DNA of 64,000 nucleotides, from NCBI GenBank assembly GCA_051294905.1, contig CM119376.1:14322001-14386000 (forward strand), read 5' to 3'. Both the position numbers and the translations under genes were made by a program. This DNA is from Botryllus schlosseri (Eukaryota). This document shows positions 12,045 through 23,900 of the stretch, piece after piece. The notes below the pieces were generated by a model. The model searched no databases and was not told the DNA's origin. It saw only the letters and a program-made list of their open reading frames with translations. How positions within the stretch are numbered: the first letter of the stretch is position 1; the number at the start of each line of letters is the position of its first letter.

Positions 12045-14047
12045 CAGGGCTGTGGAGTCGGAGTCGTAAAAACTGTATTGGCTGAAGTCGGAGTCGGAGT
12101 TGGAGTCGTGGAAAAAATACTGACTGGAGTCGGAGTCGGAGTTTGTGAAAATGACCCGGACTTCGACTCCGACTCCTATCCAACATCTTTATCATGTAAA
12201 CAATTGCTTTCGAAGGTGTATTTAAATTACTAATATAATAACTATAATAGGATTTTTATGTACCATCAATCACTGTTATTACTAACGATACAGATCAGGG
12301 GCGGCCAAACCGTGCCCGCAGCCCAAATGTTGCCCGCGAGAAGAATTTATGTGGCCTGCGAGGTAATTCTCGAAATTAGATATAACATCAGGTAAAGTTG
12401 CAAGGCCAACCAAAATTTGATTAGCCAGACCGCTAAATTCGATGATGACTAAAACATCAGTTTCGACGCATTGGCGTAACCAGGGGCCAACCGCCACATT
12501 CATCGCAGATCGTCGTATAATGACCATAAAGTAGAATATTCCGTAGTAGATTTATTAGACTTTTTTATTTCTCTTAGCACTGCGCATGATTTATTTTACC
12601 ATTTCTTGCATTTAGTATTGGAACCCCTCATGGAAATTATAAATACGGGTAATTTACAGAATTGAGTCCAACCATACTCGCAATTAGGAAATAACTTGTC
12701 GTCCAACATGCGACTTCGCTTGTGCGCTCGAAGCGAGATCCTCGGCGATGAAACATTTGCACAAAATGACAGAGGCATGTTCACCGAAACCGTCGATATT
12801 GCTATGCCTAAAACGCCAAATAATCCCGTCCTTGCCAAATGAGCCATTGCTATACAGAGGCGACCCCAATATATGAAAGTAATATATTTATTGATCGAAT
12901 TCATCCATTACCTTTGAAATAATTTCGTGCTTCGCTCGACCAGGGCATGACTACACACTGTACAGTTGCACTCGGAGTTTTCATGAAATAATTGTCATCA
13001 ATTTTAAAGCGTAGTCAAAAAGTCTTGTTTTCAATGTTACCTAATCCGGTTCGTTCCTATCGAATGACTAAAAAAGGTTATCAACATTCAAGTTGCCCGC
13101 GCAATGGTTCGAAATTTCATGTTGCCCTTTGGCCGAAAAGGTTGGCCACCCTTGACAAAGATAAAATTGGACATTATTTGCAAATTGCAATTCAGTTGTA
13201 TAGAGGAAGAAAGTAGTAATATGCATCTTCGCGATGCAGTCACAAATTGACGCAATTTTTGGAATTATGCCATGATATTGTGACAGAGCAAACATATCGT
13301 CTGGTTGTAAAATTGATGTAAATATAACCAAACGTCCCTTCCCACTTGTCAAAATTAAAAATATATGTAGTGTAGCATAGCTGCTTGGGTGGAACAAATG
13401 ATTAATAAAGACTGCAAGTCCTAGTCCTTGAATACCTGACGAAGTGCATGTAGACTGGACATATGCCATTTGACTACTACCTAAATTTTGTTTATGACCA
13501 ATGTCTATTGGTAGTGAGAGTGTGTGTGCGCTTGTAATCAGTACAGTGTGTAATGAGAAAACTAGTAAGATCCATCTCTGTTTTAGTTGCTGACTCAGAC
13601 ACAAGAGCAACACTTCGATCGTTTTATCTACATTTCAATTATGCTGGATAGGATATATGTCGTGTTTGAATGATTCATACATATTAGGTTATTAGAGAGT
13701 CCATGTTATAAAAACTGATAAAATATGAAAAAGGGAAGGATATTTAGAAAGGCAATCTTTCATGCATAGTGAATAATTCGAGCTGTGCCACAATTTGAGC
13801 TGTGAAACAATTTTGCATGCCATCATTAATCATATGTTTGCATATGTTTAATGGTTATATAACCGTCACTGTGGCATATAATTTTCGAAGTAAATTGGTA
13901 ATACTGTTGGAGTCGGGGTTTGAGTCGGAGTCGGTAGGTTTGATGACTCAGGAGTCGGAGTCGGAGTCAGAGTCGGAGTCGGTCCATTGAAAATGTTTGG
14001 AGTCGGAGTCGGAGTCGGTGGTAAAATTTACCGACTCCACAGCCGTG
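12045..14047. mobile_element. hAT-type element with GGAGTC arrays
   Basis: TIR CAGGGCTGTGGAGTCGG / CCGACTCCACAGCCGTG; TSD GTTGCATA (12037-44, 14048-55). Confidence 0.9.
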
Positions 14048-15199
14048 GTTGCATACCGAGATGAGTGACTAGCTTTCGAATTGCATATCTTGATGCAATG
14101 TGATCTAACGCTTTAGCAAGTTACAAGACTACCACCACTAACGGATTAGGGTAGTAATTTCGTTATCAAAGTAGAGTATATATAAATGTGATATGGCTTC
14201 TCACGTACGGCAAGTTACTGCCATTGACCAAAATTGATAGAAGTAGTGAAGCGTGACGCAGCAATGGGAAAACGGGAGTTTCCATTGATATTGAAAGTAT
14301 AAGACAATAGAAGTGTGAATAAAGGTATAATTGCGCTCAGCGGGAGTTCAAACTTACTAAAAAGTGTAAAACGTATTAGCAACGATACTGCGGTTAACCG
14401 GTTAACCGTTATCCTGATAATCAAACCCTAATTGGAATCGCTCAAACGTACCAAAACCAAGTTTATTGCGCGAGCAGCACACGATTCCGAGTTGGTATAT
14501 CTATATGTGGCGCATTGTTTTCCTCTGCTGTTCGCATATGTAGCCTACTGTGGGGCTCAGATTGCAAAGAGCGCTGCTACATACAAATCGAAAAATGAAA
14601 TCGCATTGAATCGTGCAGAGCGCGAAGAAAATTTCAATATTAATTCAAATATCTCAAAATTTCGGGAGTCAATCGTAAATTCGATTTGCATGTCGACAGC
14701 CGCCAACACATAGCCTACTAATTGAATTACGTGTTGACAGTCGCACAAATTTCTTTCTACGGCCGCAGGTTGGCCACCCCTGATTTAAAGCATATGGCAA
14801 CCGATCCTACAGTGCAATAGAAAAGTCAACTGTGAAGTCATCGGACTTTCATATCGTAATGATGCTGCAGAACAGGACTTTGATACGGTAGTAGCTGGAA
14901 ATGCTGACAAGTCGCGGTATAGAAGGGTCTATAACGGAATTCAACGGGTAACAATCCATCGAAATCTTGAGACTTTGATCTCAGCCTACAGACGGTTCAA
15001 ACAAAATTGCTGTCGAAACCGATTGAAGATGCAGCATTTATTTAGTCATGCTCTATTTGAATTACCCTACTTCCCTTCCTTGTCGTTCTTCAGCGGTTTC
15101 GATTGAGCGAGAGCTGTTGTGATATTGCACGGGTCCGTAACCTGCTGACGGCATCGAGGTGTTTTGACGGCTTCGCTGTTCGCAGAACTTACGTATGAC

Positions 15200-15331
15200 T
15201 GCGCAGTGCGCATTGTCTGAGCCTTTCTCTTGAATGACTGACTTTTGTAGACGAACAGCATAAAGAGTTCACGAACACTATAATCCGCATTAGTTTCAGC
15301 GCTCCGTGTTACTGAACATAACGCGGAAAAG
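15200..15331 (+). promoter_or_regulatory. Putative core promoter and 5' UTR of ITIH-1
   Basis: Block ataaagagttcacgaacactataatccgcattagtttca is conserved with paralogue 2. An ATAAAG element lies about 30 nt upstream of an Inr-like TTAGT. Confidence 0.5.
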
Positions 15332-15451
15332 ATGAGGCAGTTAACGTTCATCCTTGGCATAGCATTGATCTTTTCCGATAGTCTGACATGTATAGACGCG
15401 AAAGTCATTGACATGGGTGGATCATTCGTGGTCAGCGCCGAGAACAACAAG
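15332..15451 (+). CDS. ITIH-1 exon 1 (signal peptide)
   Basis: MRQLTFILGIALIFSDSLTCIDAKVIDMGGSFVVSAENNK then gtatt donor; same 120-nt length as the paralogue exon at 52514-52633. Confidence 0.85.
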
Positions 15452-18400
15452 GTATTAATTATTGCTCGGATTTATTGCAAATATACACGGGTAGCAGCAT
15501 GTTATTACATCACCGGGACATGATCCAGCTGTATAGTATATGCACTACCATACGCAGAAAGCACGCACTGGTGAGGCCATGCGTCATAAATTGTGCGGTT
15601 CGCACCTCGTTGCGACATCTGATCCCCCTCATTACATTTGCTGTTTTTCATGGTTTTCGGCATCATCGATGTTTATTTTAAACCAGACCGACATTCGATT
15701 TACGATTCCTGACCCCCTATACTTATAGCGCGGCTGATTTCGTTCTTGGCTTTTATAAGGCATCCAATGGTGATCAGCAGCCTAAATAAACATCCGACAC
15801 TGCGAAAGGATTCTCGGTTCTACCTAGGTCGGACTCGAACCAGCAATTTACTGGCGTTGCAGCAGTAGATCATACACTACCCAGCCACAATACCATATTT
15901 TAGAAATATAGTAGTGTTTTAGACAATGGGTAATCGCGGCAGTGTATGTATATCGGCATAAATCGACTTTTGTAACTATGAAATATTTCGATCGACAAAT
16001 ATGCAATCAAATTAAACATGGTTAACGTTTAACGGGTTTTGATACTCTTAAAATTTCAGTCGCGACAGAAACGTTCCATCGAGTCTTCCATGACTGAGAT
16101 GCACGTGAAAAGCGTCGTGAAATCTCGCTTTGCGAAAGTGACTACGACAACAATAATGGAGAATTCCGCGGAAGAAGCTAAAGAATTGACGTTTTCAGTG
16201 AGGCTACCCGAGGCTGCATTCATCAGCAAATTTACGATGTGAGTATTATTTGTTAATGGGTGAATGATCAACATATGAATACGATAAATAAAAGGGTTAC
16301 TTAACGAATATAAGCACTAAACAGTAAGCGCGTACCAAGTCCGTTATCCGCGTAGGTAGTCTTGTTTACAATTAACAATTGGGATTGCATCGAAGGACAA
16401 ATCGAGGTCGAAAGCTGTTGGGAAAGAATGTCGAGAATCCCATACAATTCAGTAGCTAGAGCTTTCATTGACTGTTCAGTGTTCACTGTTCAGCCTGTAG
16501 TGTAAACGTGGAAGTAACATATTTCGCATGCTTGAGACCATAGGATATAGCCTTGGTATGACATGTAAATGAACACTTGAACAGTGATGATGAGGCTCAT
16601 TATACTGCGTGCATGTAAAGTAAGAACGACTCAGTGTTCATGTTCAGTCTTCCCTGCTCAGTATTCATGTTCAAGCCAATTCAGTAATGTCAAATCAAGC
16701 CAATAGCGGGGTCGCTGCGCGCGGGAAACGATAACTTCGTCATTAGGCCAACGAGCTATATTGACGGTCATGAAGTCGTAAAGTGTCACGAATCGCTTGA
16801 ATATTCCGATTAGATCAATGGTTATCAACCGGGAGTCCGCGAAGCATTTTCAGGGGGTCCGGGAAGCCTCTAAATTTTCAAAATAATTGATAACCTGAAT
16901 CTGTATTTTTTAAACCAGGAAAAACTTTCGCTTCGTTACTAGTAAATCTCCAGAACTCACATCAACAGAATGGCCGTCTGAGTTGAAATATCCAACTGTT
17001 CAGACTCATTTTAATTGCTAACTTACCAATAGTCCACTGCAGGGGCGGGCAACTTCTCCAGTCGGCGGGCCGCCTATAGGAAAATTAGGAACTTGGCGGG
17101 CCGGATTGCTGAATCGATACATTATTCGCCCATTTATCCACATATACAAGGAATAAATCGTATTTAATGAATGTATTTTAACGACAGCATTGTAACTTCA
17201 AAGCCATTTCTCGCCAATAATGACGAAGACAATATGGATTTGAGAACAGCATTGTCATACAGGCACCACCACGCCTGCTACTCGCTGATCAATCAACACG
17301 CGGTTCAATCCTTAATTAAGATTTCAAGGCTTTCGATAAGCCAAGATATCAATTCATTAGGGTTTAGTAGGTGACGAGATAGCGTGGTTGTTCAACTATG
17401 TGGCCTATTTTATTTCGATATTGAATTCATGCCGCCCTCGGCATCTACGAAATTTGAAAGTGGCCCCCGACCCTTTTTGAGTTGACAACCACTGGCATAA
17501 GCGGTGTCTTACAGAAGCCTAGAAGTGTCCCGTGCTGCAAGTCGACGGTTACGGAATAAAAAATAAGAAATATCGGCCTGGTGTAAATGACCATTGTTGT
17601 GGACAAACACCATGATCACCACAAATGACATTAGGGCTGAGTACATCCTAAATGCCGTTATGCAATTAGTCTTCTCGCTTCTACGAACTTACGCGTAAAC
17701 TCCACCCTCGCTCGCTGCGCAATGCGCAATTGCGCATACATGTGTATAATGACATACAGTCACTAAGATTTGATGTATGTAAGCAAGTAGTTGGGAATGT
17801 CGGAAGACTGGGGCCGCGGGCCACATTATCATGTAAGGCGGAAAGCTGTCAGCGGGCCGGACAAAATACCTTCGCGGGCCGGATCCGGCCCGCGTGCCGT
17901 ATGTTGCCCGCCACTGGTCTACTGATACATACATTTTGCTATTTCGCGATATTTTGTTGGGGATTGTGGAAACAATAAAAAGTTGGATTAGGAAGGTCAA
18001 TCACGAGGACTTCGAAATGTTTACAAAAATTCATTTTCTCCTGTGAAATACATAAACATTTTCCATGATAACTTCAGTCGGTGTCAGTATCAGTTTAATA
18101 ATATTTTCATCATTTTAAAACACCACAAATCTGCGATACAAATCAGTTTTGGTGCCACATTTGTTGCGATCATACCCAAATGTGTAATCGGAAGCAATAC
18201 GCCTTTTTATTACATTCACCACCACCTATATTTGTGGAAATGGATTTTCGGCACACATTCATATCAAATCGACGGCTCGGATTTTGGAGACTCGACCACG
18301 TATTTCAAGAAATGCAGTTGCAAAATTAACTTCGAACAAACAAAAGTCAATCCAATTTCTACGTGAATAGTATGATGTTATTTCGAAGAAAAGTCATTTT

Positions 18401-20919
18401 GTTGCTGGTTATCACTAGCCTACGGATATCACTTGCATAAGACAGATGACGAATGTAAGATAATTGAGCTAAATTTGAACTAAACTTTTGGGGGGTCCGC
18501 GGGGTCTGTGACGGTCCAAAAGGGGTCCGTGAAGACGAAAAGGTTGAGAACCATTGGATTAGATTATAATCTAATTATCGCTACAAAATTTTGTCATTAA
18601 TGTGATGTCAAGATTTTGCAACTATACAGTCGTGCGGAAACTTGAGATGTCTTGTCTGTGGAAAACATCATTTCATACACCATGGCGTAATTTCGTTATA
18701 GCTTGCGCTTGCCGACCATCATCTTGGGCGTTGAAAGTTATCGTAGCAGGCTTTGATAGCGGCCATTATTTCCACAATTCTATGTATGCCAGCATAAATA
18801 ATTATCCAGAGATCAACTCTTGCTAACTTACTCTCTCAAATCAAAACGAAAGCAAAGGAACTATATTTTAAGAAACACTTTTCTAAACATCAAAATAATC
18901 CACGTGAAACATGGAGATCCGTAAATCGTATTATCAACAGAAAATCCAACTCTCAGGCACCTAACAAAATAAAAGATTTTGTTTCTGATCAAATGGTCTC
19001 TGATCAGTCCCGGATGACTGAGATCTTTAATAGTTTTTTTTCTACCATCGGCACAAAACTCTCGGAATGTTGCTCGAATGAAGATGTCGATCACCATCAT
19101 ATTTTTGGAAAACGCCCAAGTTCATCATTCTATCTTCAACCAACGTCACCAAATGAAGTCATAAGTGTTCTATCTACACTGAAAAACAATAAAGCTCAAG
19201 GTCACGATCAACTACCTGTCATTATTGTCAAACACATAGGCATTCACCTAGCAGATACCATCGCTAAATGATTCAATTTCTCATTTTCTTCAGGGATATT
19301 TCCTGATTACTTGAAGATTGCACGTGTGATACCTGTATTTAAATGTGGGGACAAAACCAACGCAAGCAACTATCGACCCATTTCGATATTGTCACCGTTT
19401 GCCACTCTGCTTGAGAAAATATTATTTGAGAGACTTAACAGTTATCTCAATAAAATGAATCTCTTAAACTCAAATCAATATGGTTTTAGAAATAACCACA
19501 CAACCTCTCAAGCTATATTACAGGTTACCTCAAGGATATATGAGCTCATTGACTCTAAAAATGTTGCCACTGGTGTGTTTTTAGATCTGAAAAAGGCATT
19601 CGACTGTGTCAATCATTCCAAACTAGTTGATAAACTTGAATTCTATGGTATACGTGGACTTGCAAAAATGTATTTCGAATCTTACTTAAATAATAGGAAA
19701 CAATTTGTTCATATTGGAACAACGCGTTCACAATTACTACCCATACAGACTGGTGTACCTCAGGGATCAGTTCTCGGGCCCCTGCTGTTCATAATTTACA
19801 TCAATGATATTGGTCATTTATTTGACAATGACATCACACTGTTTGCTGATGACACCAGCCTAGTTATACCCCGTAAAAATTTATCTGATGCATTTGACAA
19901 CATTAACACTAAGCTATCGACAGTGTCAAAATGGATGGCATCTAACCAACTTCAGCTCAATGCCTCCAAAACCAAAACCCTCGTGTTTCATACACAAGTC
20001 AATCGCAGTGGAATTATAGTAAATAACGCACATCTTGATACACATAAAACTGTTAGATATCTTGGCATTATCATTGATGATAAACTTGGATGGTCTGACC
20101 ATATCAACAATATAAAAACTAAAATCTCGCGTGGTGTCGGGGCTCTCTATCGCCTTAAAAATTTAATTCCTCATCAAACTCTCAGATCAGTCTACTATGC
20201 CTTAATTCACTGCTATCTTATTTATGGGATCCTAGTTTGGGGACCTGCTGCGAAAAAACATCTGCAGAAATTGCAAGTCTTGCAAAACCGAGCCATACGA
20301 ATTCTCTGTCGGAAATCTAGATATGAGAATTGTAATAGCATGTATCGTAGCGTTGGAATATTGAAAGTGGAAGACGTTTTCAAATTTGAGGTAATGAAAT
20401 TCATGCATAGTTATCATCAGGGTGAACTGCCACTATATTTTGATAATCTGTTCAAAATACCTTCAGATACCCACCAACATCATACCAGATTTTCTTCTAA
20501 CTTGTCTCTGTCTGTGCAACACCACTCTACCAGTCTAGTACAAAATTCAATCAGTTTTATTGGTGTCAATGTTTGGAATAAGCTGCCACCTAATCTCCGC
20601 AATTTAGACTCTTGTGCTTTTAAAAAACAATGTTTTCATTCTCTTATCTCTAACTACCGCTAAATTGTATTTGTGTTGTATTACAAATTGGTCCGTGATA
20701 CTGTGTCTTATTTTTCCTATCGTTCGTTGGATTATTTTAATTTAATTTAATTTAATTTTATATTTTTTCATTAGTTATCGACTGTGAAAATTGCTCCTGT
20801 CCCGGGTGGCTCGGCTCTGAAGACTATGTCATATCGAGCCTCCCGTCTACCTTGCATGTCGCATTTCACTGTTACATTTTTTGTAGTGTTATGTTGATAT
20901 GTAATGTATACGAATAAAG

Positions 20920-20962
<43 letters not shown>

Positions 20963-23900
20963 ATATATACTTATAATCAGACATGGGGTGATTACTTCGT
21001 GAATGTAATCGATTGCGATTACGATTACTTCGGAATCACGCGATTACGATTACGATTACGATTACAGCAAAACCAGGAAGTAGTCGATTACGATTACGAT
21101 TACATTGGAAAAGTAATCACGATTACTCACGATTACATTTATTTTGCTTCTTAGAACTAATCTTAGAAGATATATTGAAGACAATATAAGGATTGCAATG
21201 AAAAGGGCTAATGAGATGTAAACTTTATCTATAAATGATACGTTATTTGCTTGTTACGTCATAATGTATCCATTCCCCATTATCGTACCTAACGATTTGC
21301 ATTCTTGCCAGGTTCGTACCTGGCGGACCCTAAACTCCCCAATGGGATGGGGAGCGAGCTCGAAGGGGACTAAAAGTATTTCGTAAATCAACGTAAATTA
21401 TAACGTATTTTCGAGAGATTTAATAAACTTTAAACTTTTCTTAAAGATTCGAGATTTAATGTATCTAGCTAGATTGCTTGGTTTTGAAATGTATACCTCT
21501 CCTCTTCAAGATAAAAAAGCATAAAATGCATAATTTATAGGAATAGGCATTTCGGTCGCGGTCAATACTTCGCCACGACACATCAAAGACATATGCAGTT
21601 TCGGCCAACATGCGACTCCACGAAGTGTGCCACTAAAGAAAGAAATTGGCCGAAACATTGGGTAGGCTATGTGTCCATTGTCAATAGCAACGTTGGATGG
21701 GTGTGACGAATAGTCCTGTCTTTCCAATCTGAGCGCCACAATACAAACGCCACCTGGGTACCCACAGAGGAATGAAGACCCGGCCAACGTTTGGAGTGCG
21801 TTGACGAATTGCTGTTGTGGTCCTGATTCTAGCTACAACCCACACTAACATGGTGTATAAGCGGATTGCTACGGCGGCAGGTCCACATGTTGAGTATAGA
21901 ATTGCGAAATAACGATTGGCACCCTTTTCCAGAAGAGTCATATGAAAACAAAATAAGATGAAGTGAACATAAAATTCTGCCTTCCACTTAATACAGATAT
22001 TGCAAGCTGCCGTAATGAGAAACGTCAAAGAAAGGCTCGGTTATGATATATATTAGCAGCTGTTGATTTTTAATGCTTCGTTGTGGAAATCATAATGTTT
22101 CATTTGACGAGTAAAAAATTTGGTTGTATTAAGGTTGTATTAAGATACGGCTTGATTGGATAAGAATTGGTATTAATGAATGGCTGAAAGCTGCATGTGT
22201 TGCGTCTTAACGGTAGCCATACGACGGAATAAGGCTGTATGTGAGTTAAGAATGAACGGTAGATGCATACGACGGAAGGTTCGGACACTGAATTATCACT
22301 AATTGTTGTACACTGGCCACTCTGCCTGACAATTTACAAGTGATATCAACGGTATAGGTAACCTGTGTGGAAAGCATTGCGTCTTCCTACTCTATATCTA
22401 TATCTATATCGCAGTTTTGTGGTGTTTTGAAATGATAAAAATATTAATAAACTAATACTATATATGGTTATAGCTATATTCAGGTGCGAACCCCAACTGC
22501 TAGCCAAGCAGCAACGGTCAAACTGACACTAGGGAGAGTGGCTTGTTTACCCTGCCTCGAGGTAGTGGCGTTTCAAGGGTATTGATGACCAGATATACAG
22601 CAAGTCGGGTGTTCTTACAATCATCACAATACAATGTACATCGAATATCTATGGATAGTCTGGATATTTCTTACGCAATGACGAGCAAAGCTAATGCATA
22701 TACAGTACTAATGAGCAGTGGTGATTGAAAATCAGTCGTTTGTGGTATCACTAACCTGGTATAATATCTCTTCCTAGTTCACGAAGAATCAGTTTATGTC
22801 ATAGTCCTTGTATAAATAAAAAGTAATCGTTCTTTCACAAAGAAATCGATTAGATATGTGAAGTAGTCGATTACGATTACGATGACTTCGGGATTTTTTC
22901 GAATGTAATCGATTGCGATTACGATTACTTGAAAATGCTGTAATCGTCGTAATCGATTACGATTACTAATCGCGATTACTCCATGTCTGCTTATAATGAT
23001 TTGCAACCTATCTGTCAAGATACGCCACGAATCCGAGTTCTGTGAAGCTCAGGATGTCCTTTGATTTCATCCATTAAAGATGAAGGGGATATAGATATAC
23101 ATGAGAAGAAATATGATCATTGTGTGTCCAATACTATACCGTACTGTAGACTAAAAAAAAGGATAAGTCTAAAAAGTCCGCTGCAAAGTTTAAATGGCCA
23201 ATCCCAGCACCAGCATACAGCATGTGTACATTAGGGTTGTTCAAAAATGACTTTTTTCAATTGTACTGGCTACTTGATAAAATTGTTAGGTTACCTAAAA
23301 GACGCCGCACGCTAATTTTGGTGCAATTCCAAACTATAGACGCATTGCTATAAGAGGACAAAGTTCTGCATTTATTTATTAAAAATAGATTTAAAATCTA
23401 CCAAATTTTACTCACTACCGCATGAAATTGTTAGATTGTCCAGAAAAACGATGCCCAACAAATTTGGCTGAATTTCAACCGTACACGCAAAGATATTGGG
23501 AGTACAGAATTTTGGATTTCGAAAAAATAGTATTTACGGTGGCAATTCTTTAATTATCTCTTATAAGTCTACCCACCGTAAATACTATAATTTTTAACAT
23601 CAATTAGTTCGTTTCCACTCGTTCGTATGGAGTGAAATTTGTTGTGCGTCGTTTTTCAGACGATCTAACATGGAGTAGCCAGTAATGTATGCAATAAAAA
23701 TCTATATCTATTTTTTAATGAATTTATCCTTTTTCTCTTATAGCAATGGCACTATAGTTTGGAATTGAGCTTAAATTGGTGTGCAGCATTTTATAAGGTA
23801 ACCTAACGATTTTATCACGTAGCCAGCAAAATTTGAAAAAAGTAATTTATGAACAGCCCTAATGTACATTGTACGGCATCCTAGATGTAGGCGTTGCTAT

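Noticed and set aside
13068-13613. 181-aa minus-strand ORF
   Set aside because: Lies within a hAT element and crosses a nested MITE end; no domain motif in this frame.
15790-15888. tRNA-like sequences here and at 30120, 45240 and 48450 as real tRNA genes
   Set aside because: A/B boxes are present but acceptor and anticodon stems are not intact, and shared non-tRNA bodies follow, indicating SINEs.
23224-23869. Apparent palindromic TA target site (tgtacat-TA-atgtaca)
   Set aside because: Explained by an 8-bp TSD that is itself palindromic (ATGTACAT) next to TAGGG termini.
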